A DNA stretch of 59,924 nt from Bacteroidota bacterium (GTDB taxonomy: Bacteria; Bacteroidota; Bacteroidia; Bacteroidales; NBLH01), in NCBI GenBank assembly GCA_039714415.1, contig JBDLJL010000005.1, positions 1-59,924 on the forward strand, given 5' to 3'. Position numbers and translations under genes: made by a program. Of the stretch, positions 26,873 to 38,013 are shown one piece after another. The notes beneath the pieces are model-generated. The model worked only from the letters and a program-made list of their open reading frames with translations. It had not been told where the DNA came from and did not search any database. Within the stretch, counting starts at the first letter, position 1; every line of letters starts with the position of its first letter.

Positions 26873-29299
26873 CTAATCACTCTTATCTCCATCTAACGGC
26901 AATAATAACATCTTAAATTTAGTGACTTTTTCAATATTTTCTTTATCGAAATAATCGCTATGGTATTTATCTTGAAGATATAATCCAGTTTGGTCACAGT
27001 AAAAATCACTTGCTGGTACACCGCTTGTTCCTGTAGGAATAATTGTTAATGATTCATTCCAATCTGCAGTTGAAAAAATATGACGTTGAGAGGCTCCATG
27101 CTTAACCTTAAAAAGATTATTAAAACTAAATGCATATGGCGAAACGGTATGATTGCTCCCTGGTACTGGAAATGGTCCTTTATTAAGTTTGAAGAATTTA
27201 TTCAGGATATTTACTGTACCCAATGGATGTTGGAGCGTCAGGGTATGAATTTTTCCCCATTCCCAATATTTTGGGTTTTTACCAAGTTTAGTTTGCAGTG
27301 AATCAGTTGCATCTATGAAACTTTTTACAATAATGTCAGAGAAATCCTCTTTTTTATCTGTTGTATTAATATTGTCAAACCATGGACTCAAAGGCTTATG
27401 GCCTAGATTTGTTACTAAATGCTGAACTAATGATTTGCTACCTTGAAAATCATGATAAAGCTTGCTTCCTAATTCATCCATAGCTGTATTTTTTACAAAA
27501 CAGATGTATAAATATTCAAAAATGGCTGCTGATGGACTATTCCGTGTCATATTGTAATCCCAACTTTTAATTAGTTCAAAGGCTTCGGCTTGTACCTGCG
27601 TGAAATTTTCTACTTTTTCGAGTTCCTCAATTATTTTTGGTAAAAACTTTTCAGGTTTTTTTGAGGTTCTATCTGCGAGCATAGATTTATAATCATCAAT
27701 TGAAAGCTTATCTTTTGCTTCAAGCATTTCCCGAATACGGTCAATGCGGCTTGGCTGGGCAAACCAATAGCTTATATAATGTGGATAATCATCTCCAACA
27801 GTTTTATTATTTGCAGAAGAAACATAACCTCTTTCCGGATTATATTCATGTGGGAGAGAGTCAAAAGGTACATATCCTTTCCAGTCATATTCCGTAGTTT
27901 CACCCGGGAACAACATTTTAGGGTCACCCTTTCTAATAGGAATAGCAACAGTATTATACATGCCAATATTACCGTCAATATCTACATAATTAATATTTTG
28001 GCCACCAAATATAAAAGAACTTAGCGCATCTTTAAACTCAGTCCAGTTTGTTGCCCTGTCAAACAGGTAAACCGAGCGCATGGCATTACTATAATCACTA
28101 CCTGACCATCGCATAGAAACAACTTTGTTTTCCAGCTTTTTAAACTTTGAGATAATTGGTCCCCGATGTGTAAAGCGTAAGGTTTTTTCTACTACTTCCC
28201 CGCCTTTTATTTTGATTTGCTCATTGCGGATTTCCATATCTTTCCATTCACCATCCAGCTTGTACTGATTCTCATTCTCAGGGTTAATGGTTTCAATATA
28301 AAAGTCAATATTATCAACACTAACATTTGTTGCTCCCCATGCAATATGATCATTGTGTCCAACTATAACAAATGGTGCGCCTGGCAATAAAACCCCCATT
28401 ACATTTACACTTCCTTTAACGTGTTGATGTATCTGATACCAGATTCCGGGTGCACCAAAACCTAAGTGCATATCGTTGGATAATAGTGGTTTACCGGTCA
28501 CGCTTTTTTTACCGCTTACTGCCCAACTGTTACTGCCACTAAAAATATCAAAGCCAAGTTTTTCAATTTTACTACTTTGTGATAATAATTCAACCCGCAT
28601 ATCCATTTCAGAAAGATCTGTTTCAGTTTGAGGGTAAACATATGTTTTTTGTAAACCCATATCCGGTAACAATTGTGCGAACTTTATTGAGTCTACTTTT
28701 TGCTGTATCTTATGTAAAACAATTTCTGTACTCCATGCTGGGGAACTTAAATCCCAGGTCAGATAACCTATCAGGTTAATTGAGTGCTCAATTTCCCACT
28801 TTTCAGGTTCATAACCCAAAATAGTAAATTCAGGTGGTAAATTATCCCTGTTATTTTCAATATATTGGTTAATACCATCAGCAAATGCTTCTAATGCATT
28901 AATAAGTTTTTTATTCGATTTGCTAATTATTTTAGCCGACCTTTCGGGTATTCGTAGGGATCTTAATAGCTGATCAGCAACAAGCAAATCTTTACCAACA
29001 ATTTCAGAAAGCCGCCCCTGGGTTACCCGTCTCAAAAAATCCATTTGCCATAAACGATCTTGTGCCAGAACATAACCCGTTGCCCGGTACAAATCTTCGT
29101 CGTTTTGCGCATAAATATGAGGGATGGCAAAACCATCACGATAAATAGTTACTTTATCTTTAAGTCCTTTTAATTGAATGTCTGTGGAATAGTCAGGAAG
29201 CCCTTTTGTAGCAATGTGGTTTACAAATATATAACCACCAATAAAGATTATGACGATTACAAAAAATAAAATTACAAGGATTTTTTTCAATAGTTTCAT
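26873..29299 (-). CDS. Penicillin/acyl-homoserine-lactone acylase family (Ntn hydrolase)
   Basis: Autoprocessing/nucleophile site GSNSWAVSG. 808-aa two-subunit precursor architecture. N-terminal anchor. Confidence 0.9.
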   Translation of the reverse strand: MKLLKKILVILFFVIVIIFIGGYIFVNHIATKGLPDYSTDIQLKGLKDKVTIYRDGFAIPHIYAQNDEDLYRATGYVLAQDRLWQMDFLRRVTQGRLSEIVGKDLLVADQLLRSLRIPERSAKIISKSNKKLINALEAFADGINQYIENNRDNLPPEFTILGYEPEKWEIEHSINLIGYLTWDLSSPAWSTEIVLHKIQQKVDSIKFAQLLPDMGLQKTYVYPQTETDLSEMDMRVELLSQSSKIEKLGFDIFSGSNSWAVSGKKSVTGKPLLSNDMHLGFGAPGIWYQIHQHVKGSVNVMGVLLPGAPFVIVGHNDHIAWGATNVSVDNIDFYIETINPENENQYKLDGEWKDMEIRNEQIKIKGGEVVEKTLRFTHRGPIISKFKKLENKVVSMRWSGSDYSNAMRSVYLFDRATNWTEFKDALSSFIFGGQNINYVDIDGNIGMYNTVAIPIRKGDPKMLFPGETTEYDWKGYVPFDSLPHEYNPERGYVSSANNKTVGDDYPHYISYWFAQPSRIDRIREMLEAKDKLSIDDYKSMLADRTSKKPEKFLPKIIEELEKVENFTQVQAEAFELIKSWDYNMTRNSPSAAIFEYLYICFVKNTAMDELGSKLYHDFQGSKSLVQHLVTNLGHKPLSPWFDNINTTDKKEDFSDIIVKSFIDATDSLQTKLGKNPKYWEWGKIHTLTLQHPLGTVNILNKFFKLNKGPFPVPGSNHTVSPYAFSFNNLFKVKHGASQRHIFSTADWNESLTIIPTGTSGVPASDFYCDQTGLYLQDKYHSDYFDKENIEKVTKFKMLLLPLDGDKSD

Positions 29300-29430
29300 A
29301 ACATATTGGTTTTAATTTGTTACCTTAAATTTTTCTGGGTTGCTAAATTTAAATTAATCAGTTAAAATTAATAATTTTTTCATAGTAATGGTAATTGATT
29401 ATTTGGAACCTCTACAATTTTTTACAGGTA

Positions 29431-30231
29431 TTATCTATCTATATTTTTTTTTGAAAGGTTTTCCATTTCTTTTTGAATTTCTTTATTCAGGTTACCAATT
29501 TGAGCAGATTTGTCTTTTACCTTAGCTTCCATCCGTGCACTTAGCGTTTTTAATTTGGATCGTTCAATTTGTAGAAGTTGTTTTGAATAATATTCTTTTC
29601 TTGAATTCAGTTCCATATTGTAAGCAATAAACATCCCAATAATATTAACAAAAATAAGGAAAAAACTATTTACAACATTTAATAAAAAGGGTGTGTTAAA
29701 CAAGCTGAATGATAAAATAATAAATGAGCCTACTACAATAATTCCTGCAGAACTAGCCCAAATGAATCGTTCTTTTAAAAAACCATAATTCATAATTAAT
29801 ATCAAAATTATTCCTGGGAAATAGAAGTTACTCAAATCAATTGGAGCTAACCACATCATTCCCAATATTCCATAAGCAGAAACAATGACCAAAATAGCTG
29901 ATACAAGTTGCATTATACGTTTGAAATTAGCAAAAAAGCTAAATATTAATAAACCTAGAAGCACTGGTGTAACAATTAAATACCGGATTGTCCAGAATTT
30001 GTTTTTAAAATCAGGTATTAAAGCTACATCCAAAATTCCAAAAAGAGAGTAAATAATTAAAGCAGAGAATAAAGCAAACCTGAGTTGATTAAGTGATTTT
30101 GCAGCATATTCTAATAAAAAATGATGTTCCAGTTCACTTTCTTCGCCTATAAAGGATAATGTTACTGGGTTGGTTTTAAATTTTCGTATACCATTTTCTT
30201 CATCTACTGATTGGTTTATTCGGTCAGCCAT
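29431..30231 (-). CDS. Polytopic membrane protein (about 6 TM) with a C-terminal coiled coil
   Basis: Hydrophobicity pattern only. No output domain follows the coiled coil. Confidence 0.55.
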   Translation of the reverse strand: MADRINQSVDEENGIRKFKTNPVTLSFIGEESELEHHFLLEYAAKSLNQLRFALFSALIIYSLFGILDVALIPDFKNKFWTIRYLIVTPVLLGLLIFSFFANFKRIMQLVSAILVIVSAYGILGMMWLAPIDLSNFYFPGIILILIMNYGFLKERFIWASSAGIIVVGSFIILSFSLFNTPFLLNVVNSFFLIFVNIIGMFIAYNMELNSRKEYYSKQLLQIERSKLKTLSARMEAKVKDKSAQIGNLNKEIQKEMENLSKKNIDR

Positions 30232-30372
30232 AATAAATCAATTAATTTAGAACATCAGATTATATTCAACAAAGCTAAATTAGTAATTAATTAAACAAAA
30301 CCTGATTTTTATTTTTTTTAAAGTTCAATTAAAATCCGTTAGCTTTGTAATATCCTTGTAACTATTATAATT

Positions 30373-32361
30373 GTGAACGATCAATCAATAATATTAAATA
30401 AGCTCAAAAATGAACTTGCAGAGTTGAAAGACAAAATGCAAATTGCAGTTTCAGTGGCAAGGCTTGGTTTTTGGGAATATAATTATAAAAATAAAAGAAT
30501 TATTTTGTCAGATGAAGTTGCCGAAATAACGGGTTTAGACAAAGGTGTAAAGCTTTCTGTAATTGAACTTATAAAAGAATTATGTGATGCGAATACGGTA
30601 AATCAAATAAAACAGGAGTTTGAACGAGTAATTCTTGGGAATGAGGATATTGACTTTGAATTTACCTTTACACGACCATCTGATTATAAAAAAGTAACAG
30701 TAAAAGTTGTTGCTACAGCAATTAATAATAAAGAAAAATCATTTGAAAGACTATTTGGTACTGTTCAGGATATCACTGTCCAGAAAATATCAGAAGAGCA
30801 ATTAAAAAACGCCAAAGAAAAAGCCGAAGAAGCAGATCAGTTGAAATCAGCCTTTCTTGCAAATATGTCTCATGAAATTCGTACCCCTTTGAATGCAATT
30901 TTGGGGTTTTCACGATTGCTAATCAATAAAAATATACCTGATATACAAAGGCGTGAGTATAGTGAATATATTACAAATAGTGCAAATAATCTTTTGAATT
31001 TGATCCGTGATATTGTTGATGTATCAAAAATAGAAGCCGGAAAAATTAATATTGAAAAAAAAGCTTGTTTTGTGAATAAAATTTTGAAAGAGTTAAAAAT
31101 GACCTTTAAAAATGAAAAACAGAACAACGAAAAGGATAATATTGACCTTATATTAAAAGTGGCTAAACCGGATGAGGACTTTGCTATCCTTTCAGACCCG
31201 TTTCGGTTTAATCAGATATTTATAAACCTTTTAGGAAATGCATTGAAGTTTATTGAATCAGGTTTTATTGAATTTGGTTATATCTCGACAGGCAAAGGAT
31301 ATTTACAATTTTATGTTAAGGATACTGGTATAGGTATCCCTGTAGATAGAAGAGACTTGATTTTTAGCAGGTTTGGTCAAATAGTGAATAAAAAAATAAA
31401 AAACCCGGGCGGAACAGGTTTGGGCTTATCAATTACCAGGTATCTTGTAGAAAACCTTGGCGGAAAAATTTGGTACGAATCAGAATTAAATGTTGGTACT
31501 ACTTTTTATTTTACATTACCCCTTGATGAAATTAGTTCTGAAAAAAAGCATGCAGGATATACAACTGAGCAAAAGGAAATTGGGAGTGAGTTAAGTATTT
31601 TGGCTGTAGAAGATGACCCTCTGAATATGGTTTTATTGATTGATACTCTTTCTTTTTATGCTGATAAAATAAAAATTGATGAGGCTTTAAATGGCCAGGA
31701 GGCATTAAAAAAACTTAAGTCGAAAAATTATGATTTGATCATAATGGATATCAGGATGCCTGAAATGGATGGTTATGAAACTACTACATACATTAGGGAA
31801 AAACTTTCAAAACCAAAGAATGAAATACCTATTTTAGGATTGTCTGCCTATGTTGTTGAAGAAGAAATTGAAAAGGGAAAATTATCAGGAATGAACGATT
31901 TTCTTTCAAAACCGATCAATCCAGAAAAACTAATCAAAAAAATCCAAAAATTAACAGGTAGAAAAACAGATAATAAAATAAAAGCAGAATCAGCAAAAAA
32001 TAAAAAAGAAACTAAAAATGTTGGGACTTTAAATTTAAGCTTTTTTGAAAATCTTTTTAAAAATGACCGTACTAAAATAAATAAAACACTTTTGGTCTAT
32101 TCAAAGGAAATACCTATACAATTAGAGTATTTAAAAACAAGTTTGGAAAATGAACAGTTTGAAAACCTGAAGTTGACCGGGCACTCTATGAAATCAACAT
32201 TTAAATATATTGGTAGAAGTGATATGTCAGAGACAGCAAGACAAATTGAACAATTGTCTGTAACAAAAAAGGACAAGCATTTAATAAAGAAGAAAATTGA
32301 TTTTTTGATTTCAAACTGGAAACTTCTGGAATACGAAATTAAAAATTTGCTTGAACAATGA
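30373..32361 (+). CDS. Hybrid sensor histidine kinase (PAS-HisKA-HATPase-REC-HPt)
   Basis: H-box SHEIRTPLNAILGF, G2 box GTGLGLSI, receiver DLIIMDIRMPEMDG, HPt GHSMKSTFKYIG. GTG start. Confidence 0.9.
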   Translation: MNDQSIILNKLKNELAELKDKMQIAVSVARLGFWEYNYKNKRIILSDEVAEITGLDKGVKLSVIELIKELCDANTVNQIKQEFERVILGNEDIDFEFTFTRPSDYKKVTVKVVATAINNKEKSFERLFGTVQDITVQKISEEQLKNAKEKAEEADQLKSAFLANMSHEIRTPLNAILGFSRLLINKNIPDIQRREYSEYITNSANNLLNLIRDIVDVSKIEAGKINIEKKACFVNKILKELKMTFKNEKQNNEKDNIDLILKVAKPDEDFAILSDPFRFNQIFINLLGNALKFIESGFIEFGYISTGKGYLQFYVKDTGIGIPVDRRDLIFSRFGQIVNKKIKNPGGTGLGLSITRYLVENLGGKIWYESELNVGTTFYFTLPLDEISSEKKHAGYTTEQKEIGSELSILAVEDDPLNMVLLIDTLSFYADKIKIDEALNGQEALKKLKSKNYDLIIMDIRMPEMDGYETTTYIREKLSKPKNEIPILGLSAYVVEEEIEKGKLSGMNDFLSKPINPEKLIKKIQKLTGRKTDNKIKAESAKNKKETKNVGTLNLSFFENLFKNDRTKINKTLLVYSKEIPIQLEYLKTSLENEQFENLKLTGHSMKSTFKYIGRSDMSETARQIEQLSVTKKDKHLIKKKIDFLISNWKLLEYEIKNLLEQ

Positions 32362-32572
32362 TTTGTAGAAAGGTTCTAAACTTATAAAATTTGAGCATTA
32401 TTGTTAGCTAAAAGTTTCGAGATTCATGTTTCAAGTGTGTTCCTGAAATTTTTTACTTGCATCTTTGTATTTGAAACTACATCAAAAATAAAATAACATT
32501 CTTAAATTTAAACAACCGCAAAAAAAATTAATATATTTGCGATTAACACAAACTAAAAATTAAATTATTACT

Positions 32573-34291
32573 GTGATCAAACACAAAAAAGTATCAAAAT
32601 CAGCTTCAGGAAAAAAAGTTGCTAAAGCAAAAAAAAACAAAAGTATAGAAACCCCCAAAGACCTTTTAGATAGTATTGATCAATTTTTTACTAAAAAACA
32701 ATCTTTATTATTCAAAGTTTTTTTTGGTTCTACTTTTTTATTCACACTCTTTCTTTTTGATATGAAAGTTAGTGTTGGTGGTGATGATGCGAACTATATT
32801 ATAAAAGCCTGGGACTTTATAAATGAGTTTAAATTTCCATCATTCCAGGGGCCAGCTTACCCTGTTTTTTTAAGTTTGTTTATTTGGTTGTTTGGTATAA
32901 ATCTTCCTATTCTAAAATTTATTTCTACACTATTTCTAGTTGGTCACTTTGTTGCTTTTTACTATGCCTTCAAAAACAAAATACCTTCAGCAATATTATT
33001 TTCTACGCTCATATTGATTTCAATAAATGCCTATCTTCTTTTCTATGGTAGTCAAACATATACTGAAACTTTTTTCATGTGCATTCAAATGCTGTTTTTT
33101 CTCTTTTTCTTTCAAAATTTTATTGCAAAACAGCCATATGATTTAGCACTAAAAAACCAGTTAAAAACCTATCTTTATTTGGGCTACTTTATTTTGGCTT
33201 TAGGTTTAATACGAAGCATTGGCTATGCAACAATAATCGTGGTGATTTTATACTTTTTGTCTCAACGTCAATGGAAGGCTGTTGGGTTTTCTACTTTCTC
33301 TTTTGTATTGGCAATGAGCACATGGAAAATATTAAAACTGGCTTTCTGGCAGGAAAAATCAACGCAGTTTAGTAACCAGGCTTCATCACTTTTTTTGGTT
33401 CACCCTTATGATGCAACCCAGGGAACTGAATCAATTTTCGGTTTTTTTCAGAGGTTTATTGACAATTCTAATATATATATATCAAAACATTTTTTCAAGC
33501 TATTAGGGCTTAGACCCGAAATTATTAAACTTGAAAAAGGTTTTATGTCGCCAGAAGTGATTCCATTTTTAACAATTCTGGTATATCTGGTACTACTAAT
33601 TGCTATTTATGGTATTTTCAAAAAGAATAAATACTTGCTGTTTAGTGGAATATATTTAGCAACCATGCTTGGGATAACTTTTATTATCCTACAAACTATA
33701 TGGGAGTCTACCAGGTTAATTATACCCTTTTTCCCTTTTTTATTAATGTTTATTCTGACAGGTATTTATGAGTTGTTTAAATTTCAAAAGTTAAAAAACC
33801 TTCAGTTTATTTTTCCAGTGGTTGTAGCTATTTTATTCTACACTACCTTTAAGGTCAGTACAGTAAAAGTAAAAGAAAATCAGAAGAACTTAAGTTCAAG
33901 CCTTAGGGGTAATATATTGGCAGGGTTAACTCCTGATTGGAAAAACTATATAAACATGAGTAAATGGGCTGCTAAAAATGTTCCCGAAAATGTAATGATT
34001 GCAAGTAGAAAGCCTAATATTTCTTTTATTTACACAAAAAGAAGATTTAGGGGAATTTATAAAATACCGCAAAATACGAATCCTGACAGCCTTTTACAGA
34101 ATTTGTATGACCATAATGTTAAATTTGTGATTATGGCCAGCTTACGGAAATATGAGGCTCAAAAAACGCAATATACTATAAATACAATTCATAGGTACCT
34201 TTATTTTATCCAGCAAAAATATCCTGAAAAGATAAGGATGGTAAAACAAATTGGTGCAGACGAACCAGCCTATTTATTTGAGATTAAGTAA
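32573..34291 (+). CDS. Polytopic membrane protein, GT-C/GT39-like glycosyltransferase candidate
   Basis: >=10 hydrophobic helices. An acidic GGDDANY loop follows TM1, as in ArnT/PMT-type enzymes. Soluble C-terminal domain. No ATG precedes TM1, so a GTG start is inferred. Confidence 0.45.
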   Translation: MIKHKKVSKSASGKKVAKAKKNKSIETPKDLLDSIDQFFTKKQSLLFKVFFGSTFLFTLFLFDMKVSVGGDDANYIIKAWDFINEFKFPSFQGPAYPVFLSLFIWLFGINLPILKFISTLFLVGHFVAFYYAFKNKIPSAILFSTLILISINAYLLFYGSQTYTETFFMCIQMLFFLFFFQNFIAKQPYDLALKNQLKTYLYLGYFILALGLIRSIGYATIIVVILYFLSQRQWKAVGFSTFSFVLAMSTWKILKLAFWQEKSTQFSNQASSLFLVHPYDATQGTESIFGFFQRFIDNSNIYISKHFFKLLGLRPEIIKLEKGFMSPEVIPFLTILVYLVLLIAIYGIFKKNKYLLFSGIYLATMLGITFIILQTIWESTRLIIPFFPFLLMFILTGIYELFKFQKLKNLQFIFPVVVAILFYTTFKVSTVKVKENQKNLSSSLRGNILAGLTPDWKNYINMSKWAAKNVPENVMIASRKPNISFIYTKRRFRGIYKIPQNTNPDSLLQNLYDHNVKFVIMASLRKYEAQKTQYTINTIHRYLYFIQQKYPEKIRMVKQIGADEPAYLFEIK

Positions 34292-34437
34292 TCTATTGTT
34301 ACATTGTCATATTGTTGTAAGCCAACATTTTCAACTCTTATGAATTACAAATTAAGATTTTATGTTGTTAAGATATACGAGGATGATTATTCATGGATGA
34401 TCCATCTGGTAAATTAAAATAATTCAAAAATAAACAG

Positions 34438-36207
34438 ATGAATAAATTTACTTTCACATATCAACTTAAAACAATATTATTAACAACGACACTGTTGATT
34501 AATATTATATCTTTTGGGCAATATAAACCCAGGTATCAGGATAATAAAACACCAACTTACGATGAAATAATAAAATACTATAAAGATATATCTACAAAGT
34601 ATGATCAGGCGTTTCTGTTTGAAGAAGGGAAAACAGATATTGGAAAACCTTTGCATTTGTTTGTAATTTCGTTTGACAAAGATTTTACACCTGAATCAAT
34701 AAGAAACAAAAATAAAAGGGTCGTGTTTATAAACAATGGTATTCATCCTGGTGAGTCTTGTGGAATAGATGCAAGCCTTCAGTTTGCAACCGATTTGTTA
34801 TCTGGAAAATTAAAAGCAAAAAAATATATTGAAAACACTGTTATCTGCATTATACCGGTTTATAACATTGGCGGGGCATTAAACCGTGGTCCTTACAGCA
34901 GAATGAATCAGGTAGGTCCGGAAGAACATGGGTTTCGCGGAAATGCAAGGAATTTGGATTTAAATCGTGATTTTATTAAGAATGATTCTGAAAATGCAAA
35001 GTCTTTTGCCAAAATTTTTCATAAGTGGGAACCTGATGTTTTTGTTGATACGCATACTTCAAATGGTGCTGATTACCAATATGCTTTAACGCTTATTGCA
35101 ACACAAAGTGATAAATTAAATCCGATCCTGGCAGAATATATGGATAAAACAATGGTTCCGCACTTATACAAATCTATGAAAAATGGGCGGTATGAAATGG
35201 TTCCTTATGTACAAACCCTTAAACAAGTGCCTGATAGTGGTATTTATTCTTTTTATGACTCACCAAGGTACGCTTCCGGATATTCTACTTTGTTTAATAC
35301 CATTGGTTTTATAACAGAAACCCATATGTTAAAACCATATAAAGACAGGGTACTTTCAACTTATGATTTTATTTTGAACCTGACCGGATTTGTAAACAAA
35401 AACTATATTCAATTAGGTGAAATCAGGGAAAAAGCAATAAATAGAACCAAAGAACAGGAAGAATTCACTATTGGGTGGGAATTGGACAAAAGTCGGGATT
35501 CATCAATTATTTTCAAAGGTTTTGAAGCACAATATAATATCAGTTCAATTACCGGCAAACAACGTTTGCATTATAATCGTTCAAAACCTTTTGAAAAACC
35601 AATAAAATATTATCATCACTATAAAGCGGTTAAAACCATAAAAAAACCTGCCTATTATATTATTCCACAAGCCTGGCATGAAGCTATTTTTCGTTTAAAA
35701 CTAAATGGAATAGAATTTAAAAGACTAAGCAAGGATACATCAATTATGGTAACAGCTTATTTTATTGATGATTATAAAACCCGTGATGCTTATGAAAACC
35801 ATTATTTGCATTATAATATACAAGTGCACACAGAAAAGGTAGAAATAAAATTTTATAAAGGGGATTATATCATTGAAACCAATCAGGAAGGAAATAGTTT
35901 TATTATTGAAACCCTTGAACCTGAAGCTGTTGATTCATATTTTACCTGGAACTTTTTTGATGCTATGATCCAGCCAAAAGAATGGATGTCAGCTTATATT
36001 TTTGAAGAAACGGCAGAGAAGATATTAAAAGAAAGGCCTGAATTAAAATTAGAATTAGAAGAGGCAAAAAAGAAAGATAAAAGACTTGCAGAAAATCATT
36101 ACTGGCAACTTTATTTTATTTACCAACGTTCAAAATACTTTGAAAAATCATATAGAAGATATCCCGTTTATCGGTTGGAAGAAAGGATTGCGCTACCAAC
36201 TGAATAA
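34438..36207 (+). CDS. M14-family zinc carboxypeptidase-like protein
   Basis: Zinc ligand motif GIHPGESCG (HxxE), DLNRDF, second His block DTHTSNGADY. N-terminal signal. Confidence 0.85.
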   Translation: MNKFTFTYQLKTILLTTTLLINIISFGQYKPRYQDNKTPTYDEIIKYYKDISTKYDQAFLFEEGKTDIGKPLHLFVISFDKDFTPESIRNKNKRVVFINNGIHPGESCGIDASLQFATDLLSGKLKAKKYIENTVICIIPVYNIGGALNRGPYSRMNQVGPEEHGFRGNARNLDLNRDFIKNDSENAKSFAKIFHKWEPDVFVDTHTSNGADYQYALTLIATQSDKLNPILAEYMDKTMVPHLYKSMKNGRYEMVPYVQTLKQVPDSGIYSFYDSPRYASGYSTLFNTIGFITETHMLKPYKDRVLSTYDFILNLTGFVNKNYIQLGEIREKAINRTKEQEEFTIGWELDKSRDSSIIFKGFEAQYNISSITGKQRLHYNRSKPFEKPIKYYHHYKAVKTIKKPAYYIIPQAWHEAIFRLKLNGIEFKRLSKDTSIMVTAYFIDDYKTRDAYENHYLHYNIQVHTEKVEIKFYKGDYIIETNQEGNSFIIETLEPEAVDSYFTWNFFDAMIQPKEWMSAYIFEETAEKILKERPELKLELEEAKKKDKRLAENHYWQLYFIYQRSKYFEKSYRRYPVYRLEERIALPTE

Positions 36208-36226
36208 TTCTTACTCGCTGTACCAC

Positions 36227-36301
36227 AGCTCTCTTGAGCTGCGAATTGTAAAAAACAGCTTGGAAAGCTGTTGTACAACGCTCGCACAAAGAATGTCATT
36301 G
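36227..36301 (+). repeat. Intergenic repeat family, copy A (75 nt)
   Basis: AGCTCtcttGAGCT...ACAGCTTGGAAAGCTGT...GTACAACGCTCGCACAAAGAATGTCATTG aligns with 59656-59729. Confidence 0.6.
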
Positions 36302-36430
36302 CTTCCTTCCTGAGTCCTAAATGTTATGAGTTTATTTTTTCAAAATCGGATAAACGTTTCATAGCTTGTCCCGAATTTCGTGAACTAAAAATTATCCTTT
36401 ATTGAAGTAATATAGTATGGTGCTAATCAG

Positions 36431-37234
36431 CTATTTGTTTAATATTTCCTGAATAGTTTTTTTTATGTTTTCGGGTACTAATGTTTCACTTTCACCGGTT
36501 GATATATCATAAAAATACAGATCTGTTGGTTCCTTTCTGTATTCAAACATTTTATCGTTATTGATATCTTTACCTGTCTTAACATATATTTTACTGGTCA
36601 TGCTTAGAGGGTCGAATTCCCTGACAGTCTCGTTTTCGAAACTTAACTCTTTTAGTTTAAGTGTTGCTACATCAAATACGAATAAACTTTGAAAATCATC
36701 CTCATTTAAAAGGCCATCTTCATTTATATCTTTATTAGTTCCTTTAAATAAAATTAACTGTGATGAATCAATTTTAATATATGCCCATTCTGTCAAAGCA
36801 ATTTTTGAATTAAATATTGGGATACGTATATCGCGCAAATAATCGATTAATACAAAATTATTGTACAACCCGCTAAAACTGGAATAATAGTAATCTTCAA
36901 CAACATCTGAACTAAAACCCATTCCGGCAGTAAGCGTATGTAACCTTTTTGTTTTTTGGTCTTTTTGCCCTATTGGTATAACAAAAACGGGTTTTATTGA
37001 ATCAAGTTGGTAAGGTTTGAGGATACTTATTTCCTGGGTAAATTTAAAGTTAGTTGTATCAATTACCTGGTTTTGGTCGATAACAATTCCACTATCATTT
37101 TGAGTACGGTTGCTTCTCCGTATTTGACTGGATATAAATTCAAAAAGCCCGATAAAAATGAGAAGGGTTAAGCCAAGGGCTGCTAATGTTCCCAGAATTG
37201 CTAATAATCGTTGATTGTATTTTTGTAGATTCAT
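36431..37234 (-). CDS. Hypothetical membrane-anchored protein with EF-hand/dockerin-like acidic loops
   Basis: N-terminal TM (LAILGTLAALGLTLLIFIGL). DINEDGLLNEDD and DINNDKMFE loops. Confidence 0.55.
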   Translation of the reverse strand: MNLQKYNQRLLAILGTLAALGLTLLIFIGLFEFISSQIRRSNRTQNDSGIVIDQNQVIDTTNFKFTQEISILKPYQLDSIKPVFVIPIGQKDQKTKRLHTLTAGMGFSSDVVEDYYYSSFSGLYNNFVLIDYLRDIRIPIFNSKIALTEWAYIKIDSSQLILFKGTNKDINEDGLLNEDDFQSLFVFDVATLKLKELSFENETVREFDPLSMTSKIYVKTGKDINNDKMFEYRKEPTDLYFYDISTGESETLVPENIKKTIQEILNK

Positions 37235-37374
37235 AATATTTAAATAAAAAGCCCGGACTGTTTATAACAATCCAGGTAAATATTTTAGTGAGATGAGCAT
37301 TTAATCAATTCCAAATCCTCACATTTACATATCTTCACATTATTTACTGAGTGCGGTAACTGAGCTTGTCGAAG

Positions 37375-37950
37375 TTATGCAATTCCAGTAAATCCCATAA
37401 AAGCCATGGCCAGCAAACCTGCAACAACAAAAGCAATAGGTACTCCTTTCATTCCTTTAGGTACATTTACCAAATCTAAATGCTCACGTAATCCGGCAAA
37501 AATAATTAAAGCTAATCCAAAACCAATCGCATTGGCAATAGCAAATACAACACTTTCCATAAGGCCAAAACCTTTATTTCCTGCAGCAAGAATAGCAACA
37601 CCTAAAACCGCACAATTAGTTGTAATTAAAGGAAGAAAAATACCTAATGCCTGAAATAGGGCAGGGCTCACTTTTTTAAGGATAATTTCAACCAATTGCA
37701 CTAATGAGGCAATCACCAAAATAAAAGTTATGGTTTGCATAAATTGAATACCATAAACTTCCAATACGTATTTTTGTATCAGGTAAGTTACAATTGTAGC
37801 AATAACCATTACAAACATTACAGCGCCAGTCATACCCATAGCTGTTTCCACTTTTTTTGATACACCAATAAAAGGACAAACACCAAGGAATTTTGCTAAT
37901 ACAATATTGTTAACAAATATGGCTGAGATTATGATTAATAAATATTCCAT
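37375..37950 (-). CDS. rnfA: Rnf electron transport complex subunit A
   Basis: FLGVCPFIGVS motif, 6 TM, last gene of the rnf operon. Confidence 0.9.
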   Translation of the reverse strand: MEYLLIIISAIFVNNIVLAKFLGVCPFIGVSKKVETAMGMTGAVMFVMVIATIVTYLIQKYVLEVYGIQFMQTITFILVIASLVQLVEIILKKVSPALFQALGIFLPLITTNCAVLGVAILAAGNKGFGLMESVVFAIANAIGFGLALIIFAGLREHLDLVNVPKGMKGVPIAFVVAGLLAMAFMGFTGIA

Positions 37951-38013
37951 AATTTATGTTTTTCTTTATTTTATACTATAAATAACTAGCAACCAGTAAC
38001 CAGCAACTAGTAA

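Noticed and set aside
27700-28024. Cluster of 65-81-aa ORFs on both strands inside the acylase gene
   Set aside because: All of them lie within the continuous 808-aa penicillin-acylase-family frame, and none has motifs.
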